Position numbers and translations under genes: made by a program. Below, piece by piece: positions 46,331 to 57,137 of a DNA stretch of 64,000 bases; the first letter of the stretch is position 1, and each line of letters opens with the position of its first letter. This DNA comes from a virus, in the IMG/VR virus record IMGVR_UViG_3300027631_000002, positions 32,001-96,000 of that record. One strand, written 5' to 3'. The notes under the pieces were generated by a model, which worked only from the letters and a program-made list of their open reading frames with translations, made no database searches and was not told where the DNA came from.

Positions 46331-49144
46331 ATGAGATATTTAAACAAAAGAGAAGATTTCTTGAAGAAGAAACAACATATACAAGGAGTACCATATGAAA
46401 CATTATTAGAGATGACATCCAGTGCTGGACCATTTGCAAATGATGTGGGTTGGAATGACTCTTTATTAGGTCGTTTAATAAATCATGTTATTAGAAAAGC
46501 AAGAATCGCTGCAAAAGTACCTAGAATAAAAAGTTTAATTAGTCAGTTAAAAGATGAGTTTGAACAAATTGTAGGTCAAGCTAAAATTTATAGTTTGTCT
46601 TCGGAAGATCAACAACTAGTAATTCAAATAGAGCTAGATGTGTTCTTTAAAGAACTAATATACGCGGTTGAGAATAATTTCAAAGTTGGTATCTTAAAAA
46701 GTTTGACTGATGGTTGTATCAAAAGAGTAACTGATATGGCAGAGTTTGATAAAAAGGCTGTTCTTTTAGAAGAATTGAAGAAATTTAGAGAATTTTTAGA
46801 TCAATTTAAAGATGATGAAGGTTCAAATGATGACGATGAAGATGAAGATAATGAAGAAGATACTACTAGTGGTAATCCTACAGGTATTCCTACTGGTGGT
46901 CCAGTAATTTATGATTTTACTGAAACTAAAACTTATGACACGATAGTTAGAAATTTAAAAGCACTTGCTTTAATTTTAGACAATTATAAAAAGGTTACTC
47001 TTGGTAATTCAGTTGAAAAACCTAAAGCAAAATTTACATATGTGGTAAACCCCGGTGAAACACTAGATAAAATTATAATCGATCCTACTAAAAACCCTAA
47101 TAAATTAGATATTGCTGCTATTAAAGATAAAAATGCTCAAATATTAGCAAAATATATCCAATCATCGAAAGATGATGATGCAAAACTTGGTAAATTGACA
47201 CTTGGTAAAATAAATCTTATCATGGAAGGTGGTACATTTGGAACAGGTGGTTCTTTAGAGAGAAATAAAGTACATACTGGTGAAGATCATTTAACACAAG
47301 CATTTATTAAATTAAAAAAAGATATTGTTGCTTTGATTACTCCTAAATCTGCAGGTATTGTTTCTGATGAAAAGAGAATAGAAGAGTATCGTTTACAATA
47401 TCTAAAATTTATCAATGATATTGTTGCAAATTCAAAAAGTGAGGATAGTAGAAAACTCATAAGAAATCTTTACACTGAGATAAATAGATATTTGGTTGGA
47501 GATAAGAAAGCAACAATACAAGAAAAAGATAAACTTTACAAAGAAGGCATTGAACTTTTAAAAGACAAAAATAAAACAGTTGAGTTTGCTGAGAAAATTG
47601 CAAGATTTTCAAAAAGAGCTCTTCAGTTCAATAAACAAAACTTATATGGTGGTCTAGGTAATCTAAGTACACCGTTGAAAGACTTTGTTGATACGATGTT
47701 AGTAATAAATAGTGTTCCTAAAATTACTCCACAAAAAGAGTCATTACTAAATTATAAGTCATTCTTAGAAGCAATATTATCGGATGATCGTACGGAAGAA
47801 GAGAAAAAGAATGGTGGTGCTAATAATAAACAAACAACTACACAAAAACCTACTGGTAATAATAAACCTACTACACCTACATCCGGAACTGCATCACAGG
47901 CACAGGGACAAGGTGATGGTGAGGGTGGTGATGTATCTACAAAAATATTAGAGTTCTTCAATAAAACTTGTATTGAAGTAAGAGCTTATACTGTTTCTGA
48001 TGAAGAAAGAAAGTCAATACAAACTAAAATAGAACAAGTAAAAACAGAGGATGGTAAAAAGATTGAGATGACAATGGATCCAATTATTGCAATAATGAAT
48101 TTATTTATTAAAGCATATAAAACTTATACTGTTAAAACTATTACTAAAAGAACAGAAGGGGTTGATACAAACACATTATCAGAATATACGTCATTTGGTC
48201 AATCAGGTGAAGATGGTGGTAAAACAGGTCCTTATAGAAATAACAAATTATTTGATATGTGGGAAGAAGCGGTAAATAATATAAGAAAAGATCGTAAGTA
48301 CCAAGCAATATTTACTGATAATGCAAATTTAAGATTGCCGAAAGTAACAGACCCTAATCCTGCCGATCCGGAAGATTGGGTTATTAAACCTAAGGCAGGT
48401 GCATCATTTAGAAAATTTATCAATGATGTTTTAGATGGTGATACACTATATAAAAGTTCTGCCACAACAGGAGCGGTCGCTACATTTGTAGAGAAATATT
48501 TTGGTGATGGTACTGTTAGTGAAGCTAAGGCTGCCACAGATATTGATAGTGCTGCGTTAGCAGAAAGTGCAGAAAGTGCAGAAAAGATTGCAGAGAATGC
48601 TATTAAACTAGAGTTAAAAAAACAAACAGCTATTACTCCCGAAGCATATACATTCTTTATAATAGAGGGTATGAGAGCCAAAGATCCTGCAAAACCAGAT
48701 GTATTTGATGAATCTGTATTAAGAACATTCCTTATAAATAAAACTGAAGCTAGTAAAGTTTGGCTTTTCGGTACAACATTTTTGAAGAAATTTGATTTTG
48801 ATTTATTAGAACCAAAACACCAAATAGATAAAGGTGACTTTGAAAAATTAAGTAGTAGTAAATCAGGGGATTTTTATTATACTTCAATTGGCGTTGAAGA
48901 TTTTAAAAAATTAAAACCTAATCAAAAATTAAAAATAGTTACAGAATCACTAACAGGTACTCTATCTAAGGAAGATAATATAAAGATAACAAATATTTAT
49001 ACACTTAATAAAGTAGATGATGTAGCACCATATAAAATTCCTGATGAACAAGTGACTAAGATTCTTAATACAGGGAAAACCGGTTTAAAAAGTGATGTAA
49101 AGGCTGCAATTAAAAGTGATAAAGTAGAAATAAAAGCAATATAA
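46331..49144 (+). CDS. large tagged virion protein with LysM-like segment
   Basis: MRYLNKREDF; YVVNPGETLDKI; acidic and T/G-rich linkers. Confidence 0.75.
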   Translation: MRYLNKREDFLKKKQHIQGVPYETLLEMTSSAGPFANDVGWNDSLLGRLINHVIRKARIAAKVPRIKSLISQLKDEFEQIVGQAKIYSLSSEDQQLVIQIELDVFFKELIYAVENNFKVGILKSLTDGCIKRVTDMAEFDKKAVLLEELKKFREFLDQFKDDEGSNDDDEDEDNEEDTTSGNPTGIPTGGPVIYDFTETKTYDTIVRNLKALALILDNYKKVTLGNSVEKPKAKFTYVVNPGETLDKIIIDPTKNPNKLDIAAIKDKNAQILAKYIQSSKDDDAKLGKLTLGKINLIMEGGTFGTGGSLERNKVHTGEDHLTQAFIKLKKDIVALITPKSAGIVSDEKRIEEYRLQYLKFINDIVANSKSEDSRKLIRNLYTEINRYLVGDKKATIQEKDKLYKEGIELLKDKNKTVEFAEKIARFSKRALQFNKQNLYGGLGNLSTPLKDFVDTMLVINSVPKITPQKESLLNYKSFLEAILSDDRTEEEKKNGGANNKQTTTQKPTGNNKPTTPTSGTASQAQGQGDGEGGDVSTKILEFFNKTCIEVRAYTVSDEERKSIQTKIEQVKTEDGKKIEMTMDPIIAIMNLFIKAYKTYTVKTITKRTEGVDTNTLSEYTSFGQSGEDGGKTGPYRNNKLFDMWEEAVNNIRKDRKYQAIFTDNANLRLPKVTDPNPADPEDWVIKPKAGASFRKFINDVLDGDTLYKSSATTGAVATFVEKYFGDGTVSEAKAATDIDSAALAESAESAEKIAENAIKLELKKQTAITPEAYTFFIIEGMRAKDPAKPDVFDESVLRTFLINKTEASKVWLFGTTFLKKFDFDLLEPKHQIDKGDFEKLSSSKSGDFYYTSIGVEDFKKLKPNQKLKIVTESLTGTLSKEDNIKITNIYTLNKVDDVAPYKIPDEQVTKILNTGKTGLKSDVKAAIKSDKVEIKAI

Positions 49145-49725
49145 TGAAACATTTAAAAAAATATGATATATTTTTAGAAGAAGCAGAATTTGATGTTCAA
49201 GCAACAGATACTCCTGATGTTAAACTTGCTAAGAATGGTATGAATACTATGAAACTTAATTTAGATGAGTATAAGACAAAGAAATCTTTAATTGATAAGT
49301 TATACTTAGAAGTAAAAGATCCTACTCAAATTGAGACTAAATTAAAGGAAATACTAGGTACTACTGATATACAAAATGGTAAAGATAGAAATCCTTTTTT
49401 GGTAGAATATTCACATTTGGCAAAGTTAAAAGCTGATGTAGAATCAATGAAGCAACAAAATGTATATGATAAAGCGTTTATTGATGATTTTAATCAAGAG
49501 TTAAGAGATTTGGATGCAAATAAGAGTAATGATCCTGCACAAAAATTAGTTATTACTAAAAAAATTGCTGATGTAAATAAAAGAATTATGGATCGAACTC
49601 CTAAATTGACACAAATACAGAATGATTATAATAAAAGTTTCACAGAACATACTACTAAAATCAACAAGACAGGTTCAGATATGACCGAATATATCAAAAA
49701 AATATCTAATGTTAATCAAAAATAG
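49144..49725 (+). CDS. tagged helical protein
   Basis: MKHLKKYDIFLEE. Confidence 0.72.
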   Translation: MKHLKKYDIFLEEAEFDVQATDTPDVKLAKNGMNTMKLNLDEYKTKKSLIDKLYLEVKDPTQIETKLKEILGTTDIQNGKDRNPFLVEYSHLAKLKADVESMKQQNVYDKAFIDDFNQELRDLDANKSNDPAQKLVITKKIADVNKRIMDRTPKLTQIQNDYNKSFTEHTTKINKTGSDMTEYIKKISNVNQK

Positions 49726-49784
49726 AGAAAATATGATTTTTTTCTTTTAATATATACATTATACAAAAAATTAAAATAAAAAAT

Positions 49785-52700
49785 ATGGCAATTCAAATTG
49801 GAAAATACAAAAGACCTGGTATCTTCATCGAAGAAATTGACAAGTCTGTATTCAGTACAGCTACTGTAGAAGGAATAACTAACCTTGTGATGGGAGTTTC
49901 TAAAAAAGGACCTGTTAATACACCGATTAGACTAACAACTGTAAATGACTTAGAAACAGTTTTTGGTCAGTTGGATAGAAACTTGGAAAGAAAAGGTTCA
50001 TTTTTTCACAGAACGGTTTCTAAAATGCTAGAAACAAGTCCTGTCTATGCAATGAACTTAATGATAACTGATGATACATTAGATGTTATTGAATATAAAT
50101 CTTTGTCTTCTTCTGCATTAAAAACTAATGATATTAAGAGAGAAGGACCTTATAGAAGATTCTTTGATACAACTGGTTTCTGGAAAAAAGATACTGAATC
50201 ATTTATAAATTTAACAAAACCTAATACTGGATACTCTGATAGAGCATTAAGTTTTACTAACTTATCCGATAGATATATTACAGTTTTTGTAGTAAAAACT
50301 GCTGTATCTGGATTTGATAGAACTTTATTAGAATGGTATGGTTCTATTGAAAAAATGCCTGCTTATGTAAGTACTGTAGATTATGCATCTGACTATATGG
50401 TTGATGTTATAGTTGTAGGTGGTGATTGGTCTAATTACAAAGAATTGGCGGTTGATAACAGATGGGGTCAATATTTTAATGCAGATGGTTTAATTAAAGG
50501 TCAATTAAGAAATTTTGCAAATGATAGAAATATGACTTTATTAGCTTATTATGAAGGTTTGTCATTGATTCCATATTTTAGAGATTTAAACGGTAAAAAT
50601 ATATTTATCGAAACAACAATAAATAGAGATACTGATTCAACAGGTTTATACTGTGCATTTAATGCAGACTTAGTAGAACAAGACTTCTATACTGGTTTAG
50701 TTGACCTTATAGGTGGTACTTTAGTTGGTTCTGAGAAAAAAACTATTGATTTCTTATCTTATAAAGAAACTATTGTAGAGTCAGTAGAATTTGCACAAGT
50801 TCCATTGGATTTACCTGGAAATGTTGTTGCTTTATTTGGTACTTACTCATACATTGATCAAATGGGTCACGCTTATGGTGATCCTGCTCAATCTGGTGTA
50901 GTTACCGGTGGTAAAAATAGAACTGCTTGGTTTACAGAAGGTGCTGTATTACACGTTAGTGTTTTAGAAGGTGGTCAACCTGGTTCTGGATATACTTATG
51001 CAGGATCTGGTACTTCATCAACAATAAATGTTAAATATTTAGCAGATAATTCACAATTTGAACCATTCTGTATTATAGGTGGACAATATGTTACAGTTGT
51101 AGGTGGTACTGTATCAACTACATTGAGATCGGTAAACTATCCTTATAGTAATGCAACTGCAAGTTATACAACTGCATTTACTCTTAACTCAAGTGGAGTT
51201 ATTTCAAGTGTTAGTAGTTATTCTGCTGGTAACAATCCATCAGTTGGTGCAAGTGATATAGTTTTAGGTTATTTAACAGTTGATATTTTTCAAGGTGGAT
51301 TTATTGAATCATCTATAGACTTTTCACCGGTTGCAATAAGTACATCAGGTGGTATATTTGATTTTGTTGTTCCTGAATATGTTGATGGTGTTTATCTTAC
51401 TGATGGTGTTTCTAATGACCTTGGATTCGGTACAAACTCAACAGTTCATGACTATTATGTTTATGATTTAAGTAATACTCCTGGTTATACACAAGGTGAT
51501 GTTCAATTAGTTTTCTGGGGAACAAATGCTGCGGCAGCTTCTAAAAACTATAATCAATATAGAAAAATAAAAATTTTTAATACAATTTTATCTTTCATCA
51601 ATAGTTCTTATAAAGATAGAGCTACTATGATTGTGAGTGAAGATATAACTGGAAATAGAACTAAGAAAAGTCTAGCAGATATGACTGTAACAAATATAGT
51701 TACTTCAACATCTCAAAACAAATCTTTTGTACTTAAAACTGGTTTATCTGATGTGTCTTACATAGCAGGTGAAGGTAGATTGATTTTCTATAAAGAAGAT
51801 AATGAGTTTATACTAGGTACTGATGGATTACTTACTACTAATATCAGTGCTACTCCAGTACAAGGTGTTGTTGCTAAATATTCTACATTCTATGAAAAAT
51901 ACTTTAATGGTTTGATCAATACTGGTGACTACTTCTATGATAATAGATTACTTGCGGGATCTGATGGAATTGTTAATGATTTTATTGATAATGATGGTAA
52001 TGTCTTAAAAGTAAATGTTACTTTTGTAAATGGTGAAGCTTCTCCAAGTCCAACTAATATAACTGTAACATCTGGTGTTACTGGAGATTATGCAGGATAT
52101 AACTATATTGTTTTTGAAGTAACTGGACTTACTGGTGTTCAAGCAGAGGCTGCTTTAGATTTAGGTCAATTGGAAGAAATTTCATTCCCTCAATCTGAGA
52201 GTAATACTGGTGTATTTACAGTAGTTCAAAACACTGTTCATCCAGAAGATAGTGCAGTTGAATTGGCACAGGCATTAGGATTTACTGCAAGTAATAATTT
52301 CTTTGCGTATACTGTATCTGAGAATGTTACGTTTGAACAAGTATCGGATGTTACTATGGTTTATAATAATTTAGATAAACATTATTTAAAAATGCTTCTA
52401 AATTTAGATGGTACTTTAGAAGTAGACTTTACAGAAAAAACTTTAGAATCAACAGAAAATATTGATATAGAAACTAATTTTACATTTAATATACAGTCAG
52501 AATTAAGTAACTTAAAACAAACTATTGAAATTGAAACACCATCTGGATATGTTGAAGTTCCTAATAAGATTTTAGTAAATGGTTCAAGATATACTGAATT
52601 AAAAGTTGGTGATTTCTTATTAGCAGATAATGAAAATGTTGAATTGGCAATTGGTCAAACTCAACAAAGAAATCTTACAAGAGTTTTAAGTAAAAGACAA

Positions 52701-53879
52701 TATGCTGGTAATACTAGTTTATCTGAAATTACTTGTGATGCAAAAATATTAAAAACTCCATATACTAATGATGCGGGTACTGTAGATTACCAAACAACAA
52801 GATATTCAACTGTTGATCAATATTCAACAACTTACAAAGGTATTGCGATGAAAGGATTTAGAATTAGACAAGCTTCTTTACCAGATGGTACTGAAACTAG
52901 ACAAAATCAAGTTTTAAACTTGGTTGCTAAAGGAACTCCATTATTCAAAGCTTTAATCAATAAAGAAGCATTTGACTTTAGATATTTAATAGATTCATTT
53001 GGTCTAGGTTTGACTGAAAGATCAAAGCAACAATTAGTAGATATTTGTGGTGAAAGATTAAATGTATTTGGTTTCATAAATATGCCATCATTAAAATCAT
53101 TCAAAAACTCTTCATCTCCTAGTTTCGTAAACAATGAAGGTACTTTACAAGTTGAGTTTATTGCTAAAGGTGGTGACCCAGAAAGTAATCCTGCATTCCT
53201 TTACTCATTCGGTGATGGAACTGGTGTTTCTACAGTTGGTTATTTCACACCTTACTTAACAGTAAATGACAATGGTAGACCATTAGATTTCCCACCGGCA
53301 TCTTATGTAGCAACTACTTTTATGAGAAAACATATTTCTAATGTAAGTTCAGTTACTCCTTGGACAATTGCGGCTGGTGTTACAAATGGTAGAATTACAA
53401 ATATTGCGGGTGTTGAACACGAATTTGATCCAACAGATATTGAATTCTTAAACCAAGCACAAATGAATCCAATTGTATTCAAAAGAAATAGAGGATTTGT
53501 GATTGAGACAGAAAATACTGCTTTAACACTTTATAAATCAGCATTATCTTTAATCCACGTGAGAGAAGTTTTAGTTGAGTTAGAAAGAGAACTTTCTTCA
53601 ATGTTACTTGATTACCAATGGAAATTCAATACTCCTGATGTTAGAGCTGAAATTAAATTAAGAGCTGACGTTATTTGTGAAACTTATGTAAACAGAAATG
53701 GTTTATATAACTACTTCAACAAAATGGATGACGAGAATAATACATCTGATATTATTGATAGTCAAATTGGAGTTCTTGATACTTATGTAGAACCAATTAA
53801 AGGTATGGGTATCATTGTAAACAATGTTACAATTTTAAGAACTGGTGCTATTGCAGCTGGAGGATTCCAAAACGCATAA
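49785..53879 (+). CDS. contractile tail sheath protein (gp18-like) with very large central insertion
   Basis: RPGIFIEEID..GPVNTP N-term; FPPASYVA, WTIAAGVTNG, IHVREVL, YVEPIK C-term; TAATATATA at 49748-49756. Confidence 0.93.
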   Translation: MAIQIGKYKRPGIFIEEIDKSVFSTATVEGITNLVMGVSKKGPVNTPIRLTTVNDLETVFGQLDRNLERKGSFFHRTVSKMLETSPVYAMNLMITDDTLDVIEYKSLSSSALKTNDIKREGPYRRFFDTTGFWKKDTESFINLTKPNTGYSDRALSFTNLSDRYITVFVVKTAVSGFDRTLLEWYGSIEKMPAYVSTVDYASDYMVDVIVVGGDWSNYKELAVDNRWGQYFNADGLIKGQLRNFANDRNMTLLAYYEGLSLIPYFRDLNGKNIFIETTINRDTDSTGLYCAFNADLVEQDFYTGLVDLIGGTLVGSEKKTIDFLSYKETIVESVEFAQVPLDLPGNVVALFGTYSYIDQMGHAYGDPAQSGVVTGGKNRTAWFTEGAVLHVSVLEGGQPGSGYTYAGSGTSSTINVKYLADNSQFEPFCIIGGQYVTVVGGTVSTTLRSVNYPYSNATASYTTAFTLNSSGVISSVSSYSAGNNPSVGASDIVLGYLTVDIFQGGFIESSIDFSPVAISTSGGIFDFVVPEYVDGVYLTDGVSNDLGFGTNSTVHDYYVYDLSNTPGYTQGDVQLVFWGTNAAAASKNYNQYRKIKIFNTILSFINSSYKDRATMIVSEDITGNRTKKSLADMTVTNIVTSTSQNKSFVLKTGLSDVSYIAGEGRLIFYKEDNEFILGTDGLLTTNISATPVQGVVAKYSTFYEKYFNGLINTGDYFYDNRLLAGSDGIVNDFIDNDGNVLKVNVTFVNGEASPSPTNITVTSGVTGDYAGYNYIVFEVTGLTGVQAEAALDLGQLEEISFPQSESNTGVFTVVQNTVHPEDSAVELAQALGFTASNNFFAYTVSENVTFEQVSDVTMVYNNLDKHYLKMLLNLDGTLEVDFTEKTLESTENIDIETNFTFNIQSELSNLKQTIEIETPSGYVEVPNKILVNGSRYTELKVGDFLLADNENVELAIGQTQQRNLTRVLSKRQYAGNTSLSEITCDAKILKTPYTNDAGTVDYQTTRYSTVDQYSTTYKGIAMKGFRIRQASLPDGTETRQNQVLNLVAKGTPLFKALINKEAFDFRYLIDSFGLGLTERSKQQLVDICGERLNVFGFINMPSLKSFKNSSSPSFVNNEGTLQVEFIAKGGDPESNPAFLYSFGDGTGVSTVGYFTPYLTVNDNGRPLDFPPASYVATTFMRKHISNVSSVTPWTIAAGVTNGRITNIAGVEHEFDPTDIEFLNQAQMNPIVFKRNRGFVIETENTALTLYKSALSLIHVREVLVELERELSSMLLDYQWKFNTPDVRAEIKLRADVICETYVNRNGLYNYFNKMDDENNTSDIIDSQIGVLDTYVEPIKGMGIIVNNVTILRTGAIAAGGFQNA

Positions 53880-53895
53880 TCACTTAAATAAATAT

Positions 53896-53927
53896 TAAAA
53901 CCCTTAGAGAAATCTAAGGGTTTTTTA
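53896..53927 (+). terminator. intrinsic terminator
   Basis: AAAACCCTTAGA-gaaa-TCTAAGGGTTTTTT. Confidence 0.85.
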
Positions 53928-54007
53928 TTTTAAACCAATTAGTTATTATTTAATATAATAGAGACATTGATTGTATCAATATATAAATAAAAAATAATAA
54001 TTAAATT

Positions 54008-54955
54008 ATGCCAGATAATAAGAAAGATATGAGTGAAGAAGATTACCTAAAAAGACATTTAGGTGATATAGACACTAATAAAAAAAGTAATACACCAAGT
54101 TCATTTGATGATACTATCACTGAACCAGTACTTGAAAGTACAAGAACTAGTGATCTACAATATTTTAGCTTTGATGTTAGAGACTTTCCTTGTGGAAAAT
54201 TCTATCCAATTGGAACTATGTTTATGGTTAGACCTGCACAAGTTAGAGAAATTCAAGCTTACTCAATGGTGGATGATAATAACTTCTATGATGTAGTTGA
54301 AAAAATGAATGATATGTTACAAGCATGTGTTCGTATTAAATATACTGATGGTAGAGTAGGTTCTTTTTTAGAAGTGAAAGATCAAGATAGAATTTATTTA
54401 ATTTTCTTAATTAGAGAACTAACATTTCAGCAAGGTAACTCATTGACCGTAAATGCAAAATGTACCTGTGGTGAAGAATTAGCAATAGAATTAAAAAGAG
54501 ATAACTTTAGATTCCATAAAATTGATGAGAAATTGGATAAATTTTATTCACCTGCATCAAGTTCATTCTCATTTAAAACAATAAACGGTGGTCAGTTTGA
54601 AATAACTCCTCCAAACATTGGATTACAAAAAGCTTTTACTGATTATATCATTAAAGAAAATAATGAGAAAAGTACTCCTAATTTATCTTTCTTAAAAATT
54701 ATTCCATTTATGTTAAATGGTAGATCAAGTATTACTTATGATGGAATTAAAGCAAAATTAAAAGAATTTCAAGAAATGGATGATATTTCATTTCAGTTTT
54801 TAAATGCCGCTATAGGTAAAATGACTTTCGGTATTGAAAAACTTGGTAAGGCTTGTACGTGTGGTGAGGAGGTTACCACAGAAATGCAGTTTCCCAACGG
54901 AACGTCAGGTATTTTCGTTATTCATGATGCCTTTGAAGCATATATTAAAGAATAA
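54008..54955 (+). CDS. baseplate hub assembly protein (gp26-like)
   Basis: FPCGKFY..VRPAQVREI, D..YLIFLIR..CxC..CxC; next to sheath and tube. Confidence 0.7.
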   Translation: MPDNKKDMSEEDYLKRHLGDIDTNKKSNTPSSFDDTITEPVLESTRTSDLQYFSFDVRDFPCGKFYPIGTMFMVRPAQVREIQAYSMVDDNNFYDVVEKMNDMLQACVRIKYTDGRVGSFLEVKDQDRIYLIFLIRELTFQQGNSLTVNAKCTCGEELAIELKRDNFRFHKIDEKLDKFYSPASSSFSFKTINGGQFEITPPNIGLQKAFTDYIIKENNEKSTPNLSFLKIIPFMLNGRSSITYDGIKAKLKEFQEMDDISFQFLNAAIGKMTFGIEKLGKACTCGEEVTTEMQFPNGTSGIFVIHDAFEAYIKE

Positions 54956-55178
54956 ATTATTACTTCAAAAACATTTCCATACTCAGGAAGCAGCAATGGA
55001 TGAATGGCCTTTTTGGATGCTTGAAGAAAACATTAAATTAGTTAATGAAATTCTTGAAGAAGAAGACAAAAACCAGAAAAAAGAAGAAGAGGGTCAAAGA
55101 GGTTCAATGCCAGATACTGGATCAATGATGAAAAGTGCTCAAAGTATGACAGGAAATATGCAAATGCCTAAATTCTAA
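54924..55178 (+). CDS. small baseplate/tail assembly protein (gp51-like)
   Basis: LLLQKHF..MDEWPFWMLE..I; overlaps the gp26-like 3' end. Confidence 0.55.
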   Translation: MMPLKHILKNKLLLQKHFHTQEAAMDEWPFWMLEENIKLVNEILEEEDKNQKKEEEGQRGSMPDTGSMMKSAQSMTGNMQMPKF

Positions 55179-55190
55179 AATAGATAAAAA

Positions 55191-55222
55191 TAAAAAATCC
55201 ATCAAATTGATGGATTTTTTTA
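55191..55222. terminator. bidirectional terminator
   Basis: AAAAAATCCATC-aaatt-GATGGATTTTTT. Confidence 0.85.
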
Positions 55223-55240
55223 TTTTAATATAAGATGATA

Positions 55241-55861
55241 TTAGTAACCAGAAACCAACGGTGGGTTGATTGTAAAGTTGTTATCAATATACTCATCAAT
55301 GAAGTAATCATATGTGAAAGTACCACTAACGTTATCTATGATATTATTTGAACTCCAATCAAGTGAATATCCTGTTAGTTTATATAATTGACAGTTTTGA
55401 AAGGTAACTCTTCTCAAAACAACTCCTTTTTTATCATGTTGATTTACAATAATAGTACCAATCAAATCACTTTTATAGTGAAGTGCTCCATTTTGAGAGT
55501 TGAATGCTAAGTCATACCAAGCTTTCATAGTATTCCAGTTCTCCAAAGAACCCTGTTGATTAACATTAACCTGAATAGGAATAACAATCTCACCCGAAGT
55601 TTTTGTAGGAGTTGAAAGAAACTCTCTTGTAGAGTATTTGAATCTCTGTTGTTTAGAAGTTATATCAAATTCTGTTAAGTTAAGATCGATCTTAGTTGCA
55701 TTTTGTAATAACAAGATCGGATCTCTACCTTGTGCTTGTAAGATAACAGGTAATATAAATGTTATCTCAAATAAGTTTAAATATACTACTTCGTCAGGAA
55801 GAGTTCCTGGTCCTCCAGGTGAGCCTACTCCTTGTAGTTGGGTAAAATGAGGTAATGGCAT
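55241..55861 (-). CDS. tail tube protein (gp19-like)
   Basis: MPLPHF..NLFEITF, MKAWYDL, YKSD..I..DKKG, FTYDYF. Confidence 0.8.
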   Translation of the reverse strand: MPLPHFTQLQGVGSPGGPGTLPDEVVYLNLFEITFILPVILQAQGRDPILLLQNATKIDLNLTEFDITSKQQRFKYSTREFLSTPTKTSGEIVIPIQVNVNQQGSLENWNTMKAWYDLAFNSQNGALHYKSDLIGTIIVNQHDKKGVVLRRVTFQNCQLYKLTGYSLDWSSNNIIDNVSGTFTYDYFIDEYIDNNFTINPPLVSGY

Positions 55862-56017
55862 ATGCTTTTTTATTATTTTTTGTTTAACTTGAATAACAAA
55901 TTATTAAATTATATATTTACTTTTCTGTATTCTCTATCTCTATATATTATAATAAAAAAACGTTTTTTTTCTAACTTTGTAGATAAATATCATATAAATA
56001 AAAAAGAATTTTTATTG

Positions 56018-57136
56018 ATGAGAGTTTTTATGATAACTGATACACATTTCGGTATTTATCTTAATAATTTAGATAAGTGGTTGAATATGATGGAGTCAAC
56101 GTTTTATGAGTTTGTTATACCTTACTTAAAAGAAAATGTAAAAGAAGGTGATGTTTTAATACATCTTGGTGATCTATTTGATAATAGAACTAGTTTACCT
56201 ATTATTGTTTTGAATAAAGTAGAAAAAATACTTAGAGAACTAGCTAAAATTCTTCCTGTTCATATAATGGTTGGAAATCATGATCTGTGGAATAAAGGAT
56301 CTAATGAAGTAAACTCTGTTAGATTATATGGTTATATCGATAACATTACTGTATATGAAGAAACAACAATCTTACAATTAGGTGGTCAAAGAATTGTTTT
56401 AATGCCTTGGGTTGAAAAACGTTTAGATATGGTCAATGAAATTAGATCTAATCAAGGTGATTATCTAATGTGTCACTCTGACTTAAATGGATGTAAAATG
56501 CACCTTAATTCAGTTGCTCACAGAAATGCTGATAAGATTGATGTAGAAGATTTTAAGTCGTATAAGAGAGCTTTCTCTGGCCATATTCACCTTTTGCAAC
56601 ATAATAAAAATTTCACGTTTATAGGGTCTTTATATCAAATGGACAGAAATGATTATGGTGATCAAAAGGGAATAACAATATTAGATTTATCTAATGATGA
56701 AGTAAGTTTTATTCCAAATACATTTTCTCCAGTATTCAGAAAATATAATGTTATTTCAGAAACTGATGTTGATGGGTTAGATGCTTTAAGAAATTCAAAA
56801 GATTATATCGATTTATCTATTTCAAATAACTTACTTATTAGTAATAGAAAGTTAAGAAGAAAGTTAGAAGTTTTATTAGAAAACAGTGGATTTTCTTCTG
56901 TTGATTATATTGATGATATAGTTACTAAGGTTGACGAATCTGTTGATACAACACCTGATGAAGAATTTGATGAAGAAAAATTAGATATTTCTATACAACT
57001 TGATTATTCGGATTATATAAAAGAGTATATAAACAAACAAAAGTATGATAATGATACTTTTAGAGAAGGAGTAGTAACTGAATATGATGAGGTTATTAGA
57101 ATTTATAATGAGAACTATAGTTCTAAAAAAGATTAA
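56018..57136 (+). CDS. Mre11/SbcD/gp47 recombination nuclease
   Basis: ITDTHFG, HLGDLFDNR, VGNHD, FSGHIH, GSLYQ; start corrected past TAACTTTG (55972-55979). Confidence 0.93.
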   Translation: MRVFMITDTHFGIYLNNLDKWLNMMESTFYEFVIPYLKENVKEGDVLIHLGDLFDNRTSLPIIVLNKVEKILRELAKILPVHIMVGNHDLWNKGSNEVNSVRLYGYIDNITVYEETTILQLGGQRIVLMPWVEKRLDMVNEIRSNQGDYLMCHSDLNGCKMHLNSVAHRNADKIDVEDFKSYKRAFSGHIHLLQHNKNFTFIGSLYQMDRNDYGDQKGITILDLSNDEVSFIPNTFSPVFRKYNVISETDVDGLDALRNSKDYIDLSISNNLLISNRKLRRKLEVLLENSGFSSVDYIDDIVTKVDESVDTTPDEEFDEEKLDISIQLDYSDYIKEYINKQKYDNDTFREGVVTEYDEVIRIYNENYSSKKD

Positions 57137-57137
57137 A

